Source: Felis catus (taxonomy: Eukaryota). From it: 64,000 bases of DNA. The translations under genes were made by a program, and so were the position numbers. Shown in pieces: positions 1 to 12,403 of this stretch. Every line of letters begins with the position of its first letter. The stretch's first letter is position 1. The notes beneath the pieces were generated by a model. It ran no database searches and was not told the DNA's origin. It saw nothing but the letters and a program-made list of their open reading frames with translations. The stretch covers positions 26,352,001-26,416,000 of the forward strand of contig NC_058368.1 in assembly GCF_018350175.1 (NCBI RefSeq), written 5' to 3'.

Positions 1-263
1 TCACCTTTATTGGCTCATTAGCTATGACTCTTTATATTGTAATTTCAGTTGTTATTTTAGAGTTCTTAGTATGTATCTCATAATAGTGTATTTTCAAGTA
101 ACGTAAGAACCTAATGCAGTACGCTGCTTCTCTCCTCCTGGCCTGCGTACTATTTTTGTCTTACATTTTACTTCTACATATGTTGTTGGCCACCCGCCTC
201 CCAATACACTGTTCTTATTTCTGCCTTAAACATTTAGTCATATTTTTTCAATTTTAATTTTTT

Positions 264-465
264 TAATGTTTATTTTTGAGAGACAGAGAGAGAGAGACAG
301 CATGAGACTGAGCGGGGGAGGGGCAGAGAGAAAGGGGGACAGAGGATAGGAAGCGGGCTCTGGGCCCACAGCAGCGAGCCCAGTGCGGGACCCAAGTCAG
401 GAACTGTGCCATCATGACCTGAGCCCAAGTTGGACGCTCTACTGACTGAGCCACTCAGGCACCCC
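264..465 (-). mobile_element. Can-SINE (tRNA-derived carnivore SINE)
   Basis: Reverse complement of GGGGTGCCTGAGTGGCTCAGTCAG...(CT)n...AATAAACATTAAAA; 16-bp TSD tcaattttaatttttt at 248-263 and 466-481. Confidence 0.95.
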
Positions 466-475
466 TCAATTTTAA

Positions 476-780
476 TTTTTTAATTGAAGTATAAGTGACA
501 TTCGAAATCCTATTTGTTTCAGGTGTACAGCATAGTGATTTGATATTTTTATACCTTGTGAAATGATCTCAGTGATAAGTCTAGTTACCATCTGTCACCA
601 CACAAAGTTACTACAATGTTATGACTGTATTCCCTATGCTGCACCTTACAACCCCATGACTTATTTTCTAACTGCAACTGCCTACCTCTTAATCCCCTTC
701 ATCGATTTTGACCTGCCCCCGCCCCCAATTTCTCCTCTTTCTGGTAACCAACAGTTTGTTTCTTGTATCTATGAGTCTGT
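476..780 (-). mobile_element. L1 3' end fragment (carnivore-type)
   Basis: 'taattgaagtataa...tttcaggtgtacagcatagtgatttgata...ctgtatctatgagtctgt'-like motifs typical of an antisense L1 3'UTR. Confidence 0.75.
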
Positions 781-1554
781 CAACAGTAAACATTTATTTA
801 TCTCTTAGAAGAAATTGTTAGGGAACATTTTTTTTTTTTTTTTGTATTTAACCACCTAGTTACCATTTCTGATGCTCTTCATTGTTTTCTGTAGATTTAG
901 ATTGCAAGCTGGTATCATTTTCCTTCTGTAAGAACTTGCTCTAGAATTTCTTACAGTGTAGGGTGTGCCCGTGATGAATACTCCCAGCATTTGTATGTGT
1001 GAAAAAAGAATGAATTTCACCTTTATTTTTGACAGATATTTTCACTGGGCATAGAATTGTAGGTTGACATGTTTTTAAATTTTTTCTTTTAGCACTTTAA
1101 AGATATTGCTGCACTGCCTTCTGTCTAGTGTTGTTTCCAACGTGAAGTCGGCTACATTATCTTTGTTGCTTTGTGTATAATCTCTTTATTTTCTTGGGCT
1201 GCTCTTAAATTTTCTCATTTTCACTGGTTTTAAGCCATCTGAATATGACACACCTTTATTGTAGTGTTCTTCACGATTCTCTTGCTTGAGGCTTAGTTTC
1301 TTGGATCTGCGGATTTATTGTTTAATAAGATTTGGGGCAAATTGCCATTATTTCTTCAAATATTTTTCCTCTCTCCCTTTTCTCTTCTTTAGAGACTTTA
1401 CTAAAGATACATTTGGTTGCTTGAAATTGCCCCACAGTACAATGACGCTTTTTTCTTTTTTTTTTTTTGTTCTATTTTTTTTTTCAGTTTTTCCCCCTCC
1501 CTGTGTTTTACTTTAGTTTCTTTTTAAAACAAAACAAAACAAAACAAAACAATG

Positions 1555-1746
1555 TTTTTTTTTTTTTTTTTTTTTTTGTGAGAGAGACAGAGAGGGAGTG
1601 CGAGCATGAGCAGGGGGTGGGGGGAAGCGAGAGAAGGAGAAAGATAATCCCAAGCAGGCTCCACACTATCTCACAAATACCAACAGATCATGGCTTGAAC
1701 GAAATCAAGAGCTGACACTTAACCGACTGAGTCACCCAGGCGCCCC
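1555..1746 (-). mobile_element. Can-SINE, diverged
   Basis: Poly-T tail, (GA)n, ends ...aaccgactgagtcacccaggcgcccc; adjacent (AAAAC)n at 1526-1550. Confidence 0.9.
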
Positions 1747-3299
1747 TATTTTGGATAGTTTCTATTGCAAATGTATCACTAATGTTTCTTCCACTCTTTC
1801 TAATTTACTGTGAATCCCATGCAGTGTATTTTTCTTCTCAAACATATTTTTCATTTTCAGAAATGTATTTCTCTATAACTTCCATACCTCTACTTAATAT
1901 GCTAATTTTCCCTCTACCTTCTTGAACATATAAAGTATGGTTATAATAATTGTTTTAATATCCTTGTCTACAAATTATATCATCTTTGTCATATCTGGGT
2001 CATTTTGATTGATTTTCTTCCTTGTTATGCGTTATATTTCCCTGCGTTTATATGCCTGGTACTTTTCATTGGATGCCAGACACTGTGAATTATTGGATGC
2101 TAAGTGTTTATTTAATATCCTAGAGCTTTGTTTTGGGACAAAATTAAGTTACTTGGAAACAGTCTGATCTTCAAGGCTTTCTTTAAAACTGCTTTGCACA
2201 AGACCAAAACACCCTTTAGTTTAGAACTAATTTTTCCCATCTACTTTAGCAGTATCCTTCTGAATATCTAAATAGCTGGTGCCCCATGTTTATAAGGAGT
2301 TTGTTTTGTTTTTTGTTTTTATCTCTGGCTGGTAGTAACACCAACAATTCCTGACCCTGTATTATTTCCAAAACTCGTTTGTTTTTGCCTCCTCCACTTG
2401 GGTGGCTCTTTCCCATCGTGGGTAGTTTCCTCACATGGTTGTGCTGATAAGCACTTCGCTGAAGCCTGGGAGCATAGGAACCCTCTGCAGATCCCATTTT
2501 CTTTCTTTTCCTTTAGGAAAAGACCTGTGCATCCCTAAAGATCACACAGAGTGAATAGAAAAAATATATCCTTTTTTTCAGTCCCCCCCCCCATCTATTC
2601 CTCATGGGCAGCCACTTTTAATTTTTATCTTTTCTCATATTTACCTACTCATGTCTATGTGATATATTTATACTGTTATTTCTTGCTTTTTCACTTTTAT
2701 ATATTTTATAATCAAGCTATCGATTCAGATTTAGCAGTTTTAAACCATTCCTAGGGCTCAGTTTTTCTTCCCACCACCTTCCTCGTACAATTAAGTTTTT
2801 AAAGTTAAACTGATAACAGTTTTTCAAAATTAATATAGTTGTGTAAATTTTATTGATAAACCTACTAGCTTTTTCTTTTATTTTCTGTAAGATTGTCTTC
2901 AAACTTATCCAGTGGTTCCATTAGATCTGTCTTACACCTGTCTGTAGCTCTGCTCCCCTTGCAAATATGTTCAGCCGAATTGGATCATCTCTCTGTGAAT
3001 TCCCAGCCACAGAGCTCTTCCTCCCAGAGGCTCCCATCTTTCTGCACCTTACAGATCAGATGCTGCTCACGCTTGCTCAGCAGCTGTCCTGTTGAGCTTT
3101 CCTTCCCGATCACCCTGTTCATTCCTTCCCTTCTCTCCAGTGTTTGAGCCCCCGGTTCATGTTTCCTATTGAAACATTTTTCTTTTCTTTTCTTTTCCTT
3201 TTGAAATATACGATAGTCCTTATTTTTTAAAAATGTTAACCTTTTCCTCCATTTTGGTGTCTGAAATGTCTGAAAATGCTCTACCTTTACGCTTACATG

Positions 3300-3720
3300 A
3301 TAATTTGGCCAAGTGAGACTTTTTTCTCTCAGAATTTTCTCCATTGTTTCCTGATAGCCAGCAAAAACCATTCTGATCTTTGTTCCTGTGTTTAGAACTT
3401 GTTTTTTCTGTTTGGAAGCTTTTCGGATTTTCCCTGTCCCAAGTGACCTTTACTTTCATGTGTTGTGCTTTGGTGTAGGGCTTTTTTTCATTTATTGTGG
3501 TGGCCATTTGGTCATCTTGTTTAGTCCGGAGACTTGTGCCCTTCAGCTGAGGAAAAATTCTTCAATTATTTCTTTGGTCTGTGTTTTTGGAATCATCTGA
3601 TTTCTGATGTTGGACCTCCTAGATTTATCCTTTTGGTTTCTTTTCTCTCTCAATTCCATCTCCTTTATTCTACTTTTTGGAAGATTTTCTCCTCTTTATC
3701 TTCCAACTTTTCTATGGAAA
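3300..3720 (-). mobile_element. Ancient L1-like fragment
   Basis: Decayed T-rich L1 5'/ORF1-like antisense sequence ('aattcttcaattatttctttg', 'gatgttggacctcctagatttatcc'). Confidence 0.45.
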
Positions 3721-6639
3721 TCAAGGAAATTTCAGACATGGCTGAATTTTGTTTTGATTTCTTTGGAACGATTTATTATTCCCACAGTGTGTGGGATGCA
3801 GCACTAAAACATTATTTGTTGTTTATTTGCAATTCACTTTTAATTGGAAGTCCTGTAGCTTTACTTGCTAAACCCCGTAAGCCCACTCAGCGCCCAGTGA
3901 GTGTAAAGGAGGAGACGGTAAGTGAGCTGGTAGTTCCCAGACCGTAAGATTTGGTCAGACATAGCGCGATAGGCTTCAGCCTCCTCCCCAGCAGTCACTT
4001 TAGACTTACAGGGAGTTTGGACAGAGGGAGAATCAGGTTATCCTGTTTGAGCGTCAGATGTCCAACTGTACCTATATTGGCCAAGTCAGGTGAAGTTGGG
4101 AAGAAAAGCACGCATTACTGAATGAATTAAAAACACAGGCCCTGCCCCTGCTCCTCTTCTCCCATCCTAGCTTGCTTGCTCCCAGTATGCAGAGGTGATG
4201 GAATTGGAATCCAGAGAAGAGGCTTTTAGGCAAAATAAAACAAAATGAAAACAACAAATACACCTATCTTTAATGTTCAGGCCGTTTCCTGGGCTCGGAT
4301 TCCCCAGGGAGTGAGACCTGATCTCTGCCCCACGTCTGAAGATGGCTATTGTCACCCATGCCCTTAGGGGTTTCTCCTGAAGACAGTGTTTTCCCCGTCC
4401 TATCAGCTAGTCTTTGTTGAGCTCCGACTAGCACCCGACTCTTAGATGTTTTGTCTTACAAAGAGAAGAATCTTTGACAGTAATTCTAGCCACTGTGCCT
4501 CAAACATTTCTGACCCCTGGTTTCCCCTCCGTGGAGTTTTCCTCCAGCTAATTTGCCTTCTTTTTCAAATTGTCTTTCCAGTTTGCATATAAAAATCTAG
4601 TTTGAAAGGAATCTAGCCCATTTGTGTAGAAGATATGAAAGGCAATAGGTTTCTAGTAATTTTGGTGGGCTTTTATGTTCTCTTGGCCCTGGCAAATTCT
4701 CCAGAAATATATACACAAATGATCAAAGATGTACATACAAAATATTTCTTGCAATTTTATTTAAAATAGCAAAGTACTGGAGGTGACTGTAATGTCCCTC
4801 TGTAGAGATATGGGTTAAACGGACTATGCTGGCTTATACTGGCTTCTGTAGCTTAACCCAGTGGGTGATATGTTGAATGAAATGGAAGCATAACAGCTTG
4901 TTTCTTTCTGTTTGTGTTCAGGAACATCGTAAATAAATAAAATTCAGTTAATTTAGTAATCTTAAATTTCGGCTGGAATTTTAAATTCATTTCTGCATAT
5001 GACTTTAGAGTTTTATTTTTTTATTTTTTTATAGTTTTATTTTTTAAGGTCTTTTTTTTACAGTTTAGGATGATACTTTCTTTAATAACTTGTCCTGTGC
5101 AGTTTAGTTAAAAATATGTAAATGATTTTAATTACACAGGTAGTTTGTGGCAACCTTAACTTTCAAAATATAGAAACTACTGTGTAGTAAATAATTCTGC
5201 GAAGCACTCCCAGAGAGACCACATCCGTAGTTTCTGAATTATTGATTTTTAAGCTTTCCACTTACTCTTTTTCTTTTTATTGACAATGGGTGCCTTCCTC
5301 AAATTTGATATTTCGTAAGTTTTAGAAATTACAAAATGCTAACAAACATTGTTATTCAAAATCAAAGACTTAAAATTTGGAAACTATTACGATCCTTACA
5401 ATAAAGAAGATGTTACTCCTTTCTATAGTTAGTCACACTTTGGTTTTTAACCCAAAAGAGAATTGCTCTTTTCATCTACTTTCACCACATTTGGTTCCTA
5501 ATTCCTTTAGACTGTTTCTAAAACCAAATACTCGCTGGCAGTATTGGGTCCACTTAAAAAAGAATGTCTGAAAGGCCCCGATGGCAATTAAAATTTCCTG
5601 AATTAAAGGATGCTGAGGATAAAAGGGTGCTAACTTGAGAAAGAATGCCTGCTTGAGAGAGAAAAGACAGTGTGCGTGTGTGTAAATAGGATATTAACAT
5701 ATATCTGTTCTATGGTCAAATTTTATGTTGGAATTATTTGTGATGATACAACTGGCCTGTGGATTAGAGAAGTCTTTACCATTTGTAGTTTGTTTGTGGT
5801 TTTATAGGATTGTGCCATTAGAGGGCAGTATTGTAGAGGTTAAATTTGCTTTCTAATATGTATTGAATCGCAAACTATAGAAATCTATAATAATCAGGCA
5901 AATTTAAAGCCTTAGATTTTCAGTATATTAAATTGTAACCTCAATTGGTGCGTTCTTGCAAGTATTTTAAATTAATAGAGGAAATGTGCAAAGGGTTAAG
6001 CTTTTTTACACCCAGATCTCATGATTTTGGTTTGGAGAAGGGAATGACTTGGTCAGTATGGCCTTCAGGGTGAAATACATACTTTACAATATTTCAGTCC
6101 TTCTGATGTAAGAAGGCTCATAGGGTTGAGACTTACAGGAATTGCCACTTCCAAAAACTTGCTTTAGGGACTTACTGAAAATAGATCGAGGTAGGATTCA
6201 ACCTGTGGATTGAGTTTTCTAGCTGTAAATGGAAGAAGGGGAGATGTGATTTTAAGGTTTATGGCTCTAGGGACATTTTGGGAAGATATACCAGATTTCA
6301 TCTGATGGGTTCCTTTTTGCTTCAGTAGACACATGCCTAGCAAAGAATATGTAGTATTTTTTGTTTTGTTGCTGCAAGTAATAAATCCATGGAAAGGTAG
6401 TATTTCTCAAAAAGCAAATGTGATTTTTTTTCCCTCCAAAATTCACTCCCTCTTTAAAAAGTATTATTACAGTACGATTATTATCCTTATAAATAAAACT
6501 GCCTATAAAATCCTCCCATTACTGCTGCCTGTAAGAACAAGATAATTGAAATCGAGACACTCGAGCTCCTCCAAGTCTTAGCGGTGGGACTGGGCATGCC
6601 CAGTAGCTCAGACGGTTCTGGTTGCAAATAGGAAGCTTT

Positions 6640-7100
6640 CGCCGTTTGGCAGCCTCGGGGACAGGCAGCTCCTGGGACGGGGTCTGACTCCCTTAAACGT
6701 AAGCACGTGCGGGGCCCCAATTGTATTTTCAGGGACCCCTTGACGTTTTCTGCCGAAGCAGTGGTGCAGCTTGCCGAGGCCGTGGAGGCCTCAGGCGGCC
6801 CCTCAGCTCTGCGGGCCCACTGCGGCCTGGGTCAGCCCACCCGAAAAGCGGGATCCGATGGGGAGGCTGGGGCAGGAGGTGGGGGTGGGGGGGTTGGCCG
6901 GGGAAGCGCGAAGAGGGCGGGGAAGGGAGAAGGGGGAGGTTCCAATGCAGTGCTGGCCAATCGGCGCGGCTCTTGCCTCCATATATTCTGCACCGAGCTC
7001 CAGTCCTGGTCTAAAACCTTAGTGGAGCCCGGCTGTAGACCTGGGAGGCTTCTCTGCACAGCGTTGGGATCAGCATCTTCCCGGGATCGCCGAGCCCTAG
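6640..7100 (+). promoter_or_regulatory. TSC22D1: CpG/GC-rich promoter of the short TSC22D1 isoform
   Basis: CpG-rich stretch; GC box GGGCGG 6915-6920; CCAAT boxes 6942-6946 and 6957-6961; TATA-like ATATAT 6981-6986; ~270 bp upstream of the ATG. Confidence 0.75.
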
Positions 7101-7257
7101 AAGCTGGGTTTCTTTAAACTAGGGCTGCTGTTTTCTGTTTCTCCCTGGGCTGCAGAAAGCTAGAAGATTTTTATCTAGCTTAAACAAGGCTGCTGGTATT
7201 CCCTTTTTTTTTTTTTTTTTTTTTTTTTTCCGCGAGGGTGTTTTTGGCTGCAATTGC

Positions 7258-7382
7258 ATGAAATCCCAATGGTGTAGACCAGTGGCGATGGATCTAGGAG
7301 TTTACCAACTGAGACATTTTTCAATTTCTTTCTTGTCATCCTTGCTGGGGACTGAAAACGCTTCTGTGAGACTTGACAATAG
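7258..7382 (+). CDS. TSC22D1: TSC22 domain family protein 1, short isoform, coding exon 1
   Basis: Translates MKSQWCRPVAMDLGVYQLRHFSISFLSSLLGTENASVRLDN, the TSC-22 N-terminus; donor AG|gtaaat at 7383. Confidence 0.97.
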
Positions 7383-7785
7383 GTAAATGTCGGCTGGGAT
7401 AGTTTCTTTAAATTTTCTCGTGAGATACTTCTAATAATGCAGGTGAAAGATAGCCAGGCGAATTCCTTTGTCCATTGCCGAGAGACTACGGTGACATGGA
7501 TGTTGCTTTTTGAAATGTTTAGAATCGCTTTCTTTTCGCAGGTCTGGCCAGAGAGCAGGCTTTTACCACATTATGTAATTTAGCCTTTTGTGACTCACTA
7601 AAATAGGGAAATGTCGGGATATTCGTTAGTAAGAGAGTGGCTGGTGTTTTCTGGAGGGTAATATACTCCATAGCGTTGTAGAATGTTCAAAAAATGATGC
7701 TAATAACATCACAGAACTGGGAAATCCTTTTTGTCTTGGATGTTATAAAAATTCCACTTATCGATTTCTCCCCCCTCTTTTCCAG

Positions 7786-7837
7786 CTCCTCTGGTGCAAG
7801 TGTGGTAGCTATTGACAACAAAATCGAGCAAGCTATG
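7786..7837 (+). CDS. TSC22D1: TSC22D1 coding exon 2 (start of TSC box)
   Basis: Acceptor ctcttttccag|; encodes (S)SSGASVVAIDNKIEQAM; donor |gtatgt; phase matches exon 1 (125+52=177 nt). Confidence 0.97.
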
Positions 7838-9010
7838 GTATGTACTGATTAAAACTCATTTGTACTAAATGTGGGCACATTACAAAAAGCGAGAGATTAG
7901 GATGGAAGCAGTGCATCCATAGTTATGATGGTTACTCTTCATACATTTAGAAATGCCGGCACTGTCTCCATTCGGCCAGCATGAAGCCACATACCATGGC
8001 TGCTACGGAGAGAGATCCGGGCCTTGGGGGTATTAAATGTTCTCTCTTCCCCAGTCGGTTTCACATAACGTCGGGACTTTTGCCGAAGTGCCCCCCCTTT
8101 TTAGTAGGGAATTGCTAGGGAAGCTCTGCCCTGTGCGTCCTTTGGTCGTGGTCACGTCTCTAGCGATGTGGCTTTACGAGGAATCTTAAGGTTTACTAGG
8201 GAAGGAGAGGGGACAGAATGAGGATCTCAAGGGCCCTCTAGACCTTGCACAGACAGATCCCCAGTGAGGTAGGCTACTGCACAATGAAGAAGAATCCGAG
8301 AAAAGTTTTGTCTTCTCAGCCTGTGCCTGGATTTCTCCTATTTTTTATTTCCGCCTTGGCTGTTCTTTGTTATTGGAGCAGCGCCTGTGGCTCTTCTCAC
8401 GGGATTCTCTGCCCACTGTTGCTAGGCAAACTCCGAACCTTTAATTCGGAGCTATAAATAACTCGGGCTCCCATTGGCTGCGTCGTCTGCCCAGGTTTCT
8501 GTGATGTCAGCTTAATCACGAAAGGGGGGGGCGGGGGTGGAGGGAGGAAAATGCGGCAACATGCTCTGTAGGAACTGGCTGCAGCCGGTGCTGAGGGAGG
8601 CGGTGGGGGGGGTGGGGGGGGTGGGAGGAGGGACTTGGGGGCGGGGAAGCAGCTACCGTTGCTGCGGGGATGTGGGCCTGGACATCCCGGCGGCCAGGCA
8701 CCCGCCCCGCCTTCAGAACCCCAGTGCCTTTTGCCATCTCAAGTAGGAGATCTCACTGTATGCATCCCTGGCTAACGGCTGCAGAAAAAGCATAGGCTTT
8801 TTAAAAGCCTGATCCCTTACGCATTGAACTTAAGTATTGTACAGTTGTGGTTGTATTCAGTAGATTGCTCAAAGGGCCGCTTAAATAAAGGCCGGATTTG
8901 CTAATGGTTACGGAGAATCATGCAAAAATAATGCTTTAGAAATTCAGAATCTGGGAAATAACTAAATTAAACCTTTTTTTTTTTTTTACGCCCCCCCCCC
9001 TCCCTTTCAG

Positions 9011-9268
9011 GATCTGGTGAAAAGCCATTTGATGTATGCGGTTAGAGAGGAAGTGGAGGTCCTTAAAGAGCAAATCAAAGAACTAATAGAGAAAAATTCC
9101 CAGCTGGAGCAGGAAAACAATCTGCTGAAGACACTGGCCAGTCCTGAGCAGCTTGCCCAGTTTCAGGCCCAGCTGCAGACTGGCTCCCCGCCTGCGACCA
9201 CACAGCCACAGGGGACCACACAGCCCCCGGCCCAGCCAGCGTCCCAGGGCTCAGGACCAACCGCATAG
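9011..9268 (+). CDS. TSC22D1: TSC22D1 last coding exon (TSC box, leucine zipper, P/Q-rich tail)
   Basis: Acceptor ccctttcag|; [52 protein letters not shown]...GSGPTA*; spliced total 144 aa. Confidence 0.98.
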   Translation, partial: DLVKSHLMYAVREEVEVLKEQIKELIEKNSQLEQENNLLKTLASPEQLAQFQAQLQTGSPPATTQPQGTTQPPAQPASQGSGPTA

Positions 9269-10390
9269 CCTCCCATGCCCCCGCAGAACTGGCCGCTGCT
9301 GTCTGAACTGAACAGACCAGAGAAGACGTACAAGGGGGAATCCATCCACCTCTACAGTCACCCATTTCATTGCTCGCTGCACAAGAGAAGTGAGGCTGAC
9401 CTATGCCATTGTCTCTGTTTTCCAGTATTAAACACTCATGTGCTTTTGGCTTGAAGAAATTTCTTAGCTGGGTGAATTAAAGGTTAATCAGAGAATTAGC
9501 ATGGATATACTGGGACCTCATGCAGCTTGGCAGATAATGTGAGAAGTGGTTCCGTTCATGCTGAGGAGCTGTGTGCCTTTCCATCATCCCTTCCCTGCTC
9601 CCCATCCCCGCTCCCAAGAGTTCTCTCCTGCTTGCACGTAGTGTACTCCATGGGGTTGGAAGCAGTGGGGCTCCACTGGACTTGCCTCTCTCCTTTTCCC
9701 CACGAGGAACTTGAAAGGGAGGTCAGAGTAAAGACTGACGCATAGTCTCACCTAAGATGAGGGGAAACATAGTTCATCGTACAAACTGACGACTGTCACC
9801 AAAAATCCGTAAAACGATAGTACTGTGCCTCTTTCTGAAACAGTGGATGACACAAAACTCTGAGACGGTGACAGGTAGCTGGGACCTAGGCTATCTTACC
9901 ATGAAGGTTGTTTTGCTTATTGTATATTTGTGTATGTAGTGTAACTATTTTGTACAATAGAGGACTGTAACTACTATTTAGGTTGTACAGATTGAAATCT
10001 AGGTGTCTCATTGGCTGTCTGAAGAGGTGTGGATTGTCTTTTATATAGAGATCTACAGAAAAAAATGCCACATGAAGAAAACCACACCTGAAGAAATTTT
10101 AAGAATTTGGCGTTGTGAGTCACTTTGTGTAACCTGAGATCTTCTAGTTGCTGAATATCTTGAAGTAAATTCCTGTTCGCTGAAGTCTTTTGATTGAGCT
10201 GGTTGAATACTTTGAAAAATGATCCATTCTAGCTAATGAAATGGATCGCCCAGTAGGGGTTTCTGCATATTACCTGTATAGTAGTTCTATGCATTTGTTT
10301 CCGTGCATGTTCTCTACACAGCTGTAAGGTGTCACTGTATTTAACCGTTGCACTTGTCAACTTTCAATAAAGCATATAAAATGTTGCTAA
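9269..10390 (+). other. TSC22D1: TSC22D1 3' UTR
   Basis: Repeat-free ~1.1 kb from the stop codon to AATAAA at 10366; 3' end estimated. Confidence 0.8.
10366..10371 (+). terminator. TSC22D1: Polyadenylation signal AATAAA of TSC22D1
   Basis: AATAAA preceded by UGUA motifs and followed by a GU/U-rich element (gtgttttcatgtg ~10396). Confidence 0.8.
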
Positions 10391-12237
10391 ACCAGTGTTT
10401 TCATGTGAAAGTATTAACATAACCGCAGTCACTTCCACAACTTTTTCCGAAAGTTAAAACCGTTTGACTAGCAGAATCTTGAGGGGCGTGCCAAGGGTGG
10501 ACAAAGTCAGGGTGCTAGTGGTTTGACTGTAGAAGTGAAAGGAAACAGACATTGCCTTCCATCAAGCCAGGAAGGGGAGGAGAGACATAGTGAAGGAGAT
10601 GAGAGTTTACTTCTTCAGTATCATCTGGACAAATTGTCTCACCCTCTCAGGGCTGATCTGGGACATTGAAAGAGAGAAAGCTCTCCGTTCTGTGGCCGTC
10701 AAGTCCTAGGAGTCTGTGGAAGCCTTAATTTTCAAGTGTTTATCAGCGCTGGGGGGGGGGGGGGAATGAGCCTTACTCTGTGTATAATCCCAATAAACAG
10801 CTCTAGAATCAAAAGATGGAAGTTAAGCTGGTTTCCACTTTAGGAACTCTGTGACAGAGATTGGGATGTCATTCCTAGCGTGGATTGAGTTCCCAGCTCC
10901 TGGAAATGTCCAAGCAAAAGACAGGATAAATTGCAGGTGTTTCCTCTACTGGAGTTGAGGTGGGACCAGATGAGCAAGGCAGTCACTCCCTCTTGATTGA
11001 TGCTCCAAGGCTAAAATAGGCCGAAATTAAAAGCAGGATGGAAACCCAAGGCAAATTGGCGCCTGAGATGTTCTTGGAGCCCTATCGGCAAGCACATGAA
11101 CGGGTGGGTTTATCAGCTCTAATCTGCCCCAGGACCTCCGCAGCGCCCCTTCCACCCAATAGGAGTTGGGGCATTTGTGAGCTCGAAGGCTTAGGTAAGC
11201 CCTGGCAGGACGAGGACTTAACTTTCCTGAATCCTTCATTTTTGTACTGTAGAGCTGGTAGGAGATTGATAGGTGAATGGAACATCCGTGCTCTCGGAGG
11301 AGAACGGGCCAGTGCATGTGGTAACAAAGCTCAAGGCAACTGGTGTGGCAACACTAGCTCTTGTTGAAGCAGTAAACTGACTGCCATAGGCTGATGGCCG
11401 TGGCCATGAAGATGGTTTGGCAATTTGGAGAGGACCTGAAAAAGTCTTTTGTCATTTTACTTGGAAGGCTTTATAACTTTGCTTTAAGTAAAGGGGTACT
11501 TAATGTAGTAATTACATTTCCTTTAAAAAGAAAACCGTAACGAATCGCTAACCATTTCATTGTTTTTAATGAAGATCCTCAGTAGCAAAGGTGGTAATTG
11601 TAGAAAATTTGAGAACTTTCATGTCAATGTATTAGGACGATGGAGAACTTACTTCTCTCTTATTTAATAGAATTTTGGACTTTTGATTACAAATGTGAGA
11701 CTCCCATGACACTTTGGGAGTTGAATATTGTATGCGAGTAATGAATTATTAAAATCAAAAGATGTTTTTCCATACGTGGTTACTTTCGTAATTACTAAAC
11801 ATGTTTAAAGTGATTGATGTTTAGAGATGTTTAAGGTAATTTAGAAAAGGCATTTTACCGCTTGCTTACAGGCCTTTGTTGGCCTGTGGGTTATTATTTA
11901 ATTGATTATATCACACTTATGTTCTGTGGTGCAGGAAAGATTTTTAAGAGGAATGGAATGTTGTATCAACACTGGGTGCTCATGACATCATCAGCTGCAG
12001 CAGGGGAGACCGCTGTCTAGTGAAGGAGAAACAAGGAATTGTACATGATTTTAATGACTGTCTGCTTTCTGTTTCAAATTAACAATGTTTATGGCTCAGT
12101 AGTTCTGTGCTATTTTTGCATACTTTAAAAAACAAAACTTTGTCATTGTGTGATGAATATGCCATGCCAGAATCAATTTTAAGTTTACACAAGAAATGTA
12201 TAGAAGTTCATTATAACTGAGATCAGAAACGAAAATC

Positions 12238-12403
12238 GGGGCGCCTGGGTGGCTCAGTTGGTTAAGCGTCTGAGTTGGGCTCCGGTCAGGATCTCTCAGT
12301 CCATGAGTTCGAGCCGCGCATCAGGCTCTCTGCTGTCAGCACGGAGCCCGCTTCAGATCCTCTGTCCGTCTGTCTCTCTCTCAAAAAATAAACATTTAAA
12401 AAA
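12238..12403 (+). mobile_element. Can-SINE with shortened CT-rich region
   Basis: GGGGCGCCTGGGTGGCTCAGTTGGTTAAGCG head, B-box GTTCGAGCC, A-rich tail. Confidence 0.93.

Larger units (their letters stand above)
1..2500 (-). mobile_element. Ancient L1 (L1M-type) fragments, antisense, interrupted by younger insertions
   Basis: T-rich decayed sequence resembling antisense L1M 5'/ORF1 region, e.g. 'gatattttcactgggcatagaattgtaggttgac' near 1034; boundaries approximate. Confidence 0.6.

Noticed and set aside
6707..7117. 136-aa Gly-rich ORF and overlapping ORFs at the promoter
   Set aside because: Expected from stop-poor GC-rich promoter sequence; non-ATG start; no recognisable domain
9017..9268. 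83-aa ORF as a stand-alone gene
   Set aside because: It is the spliced last exon of TSC22D1; the GTG start lies 6 nt inside the exon
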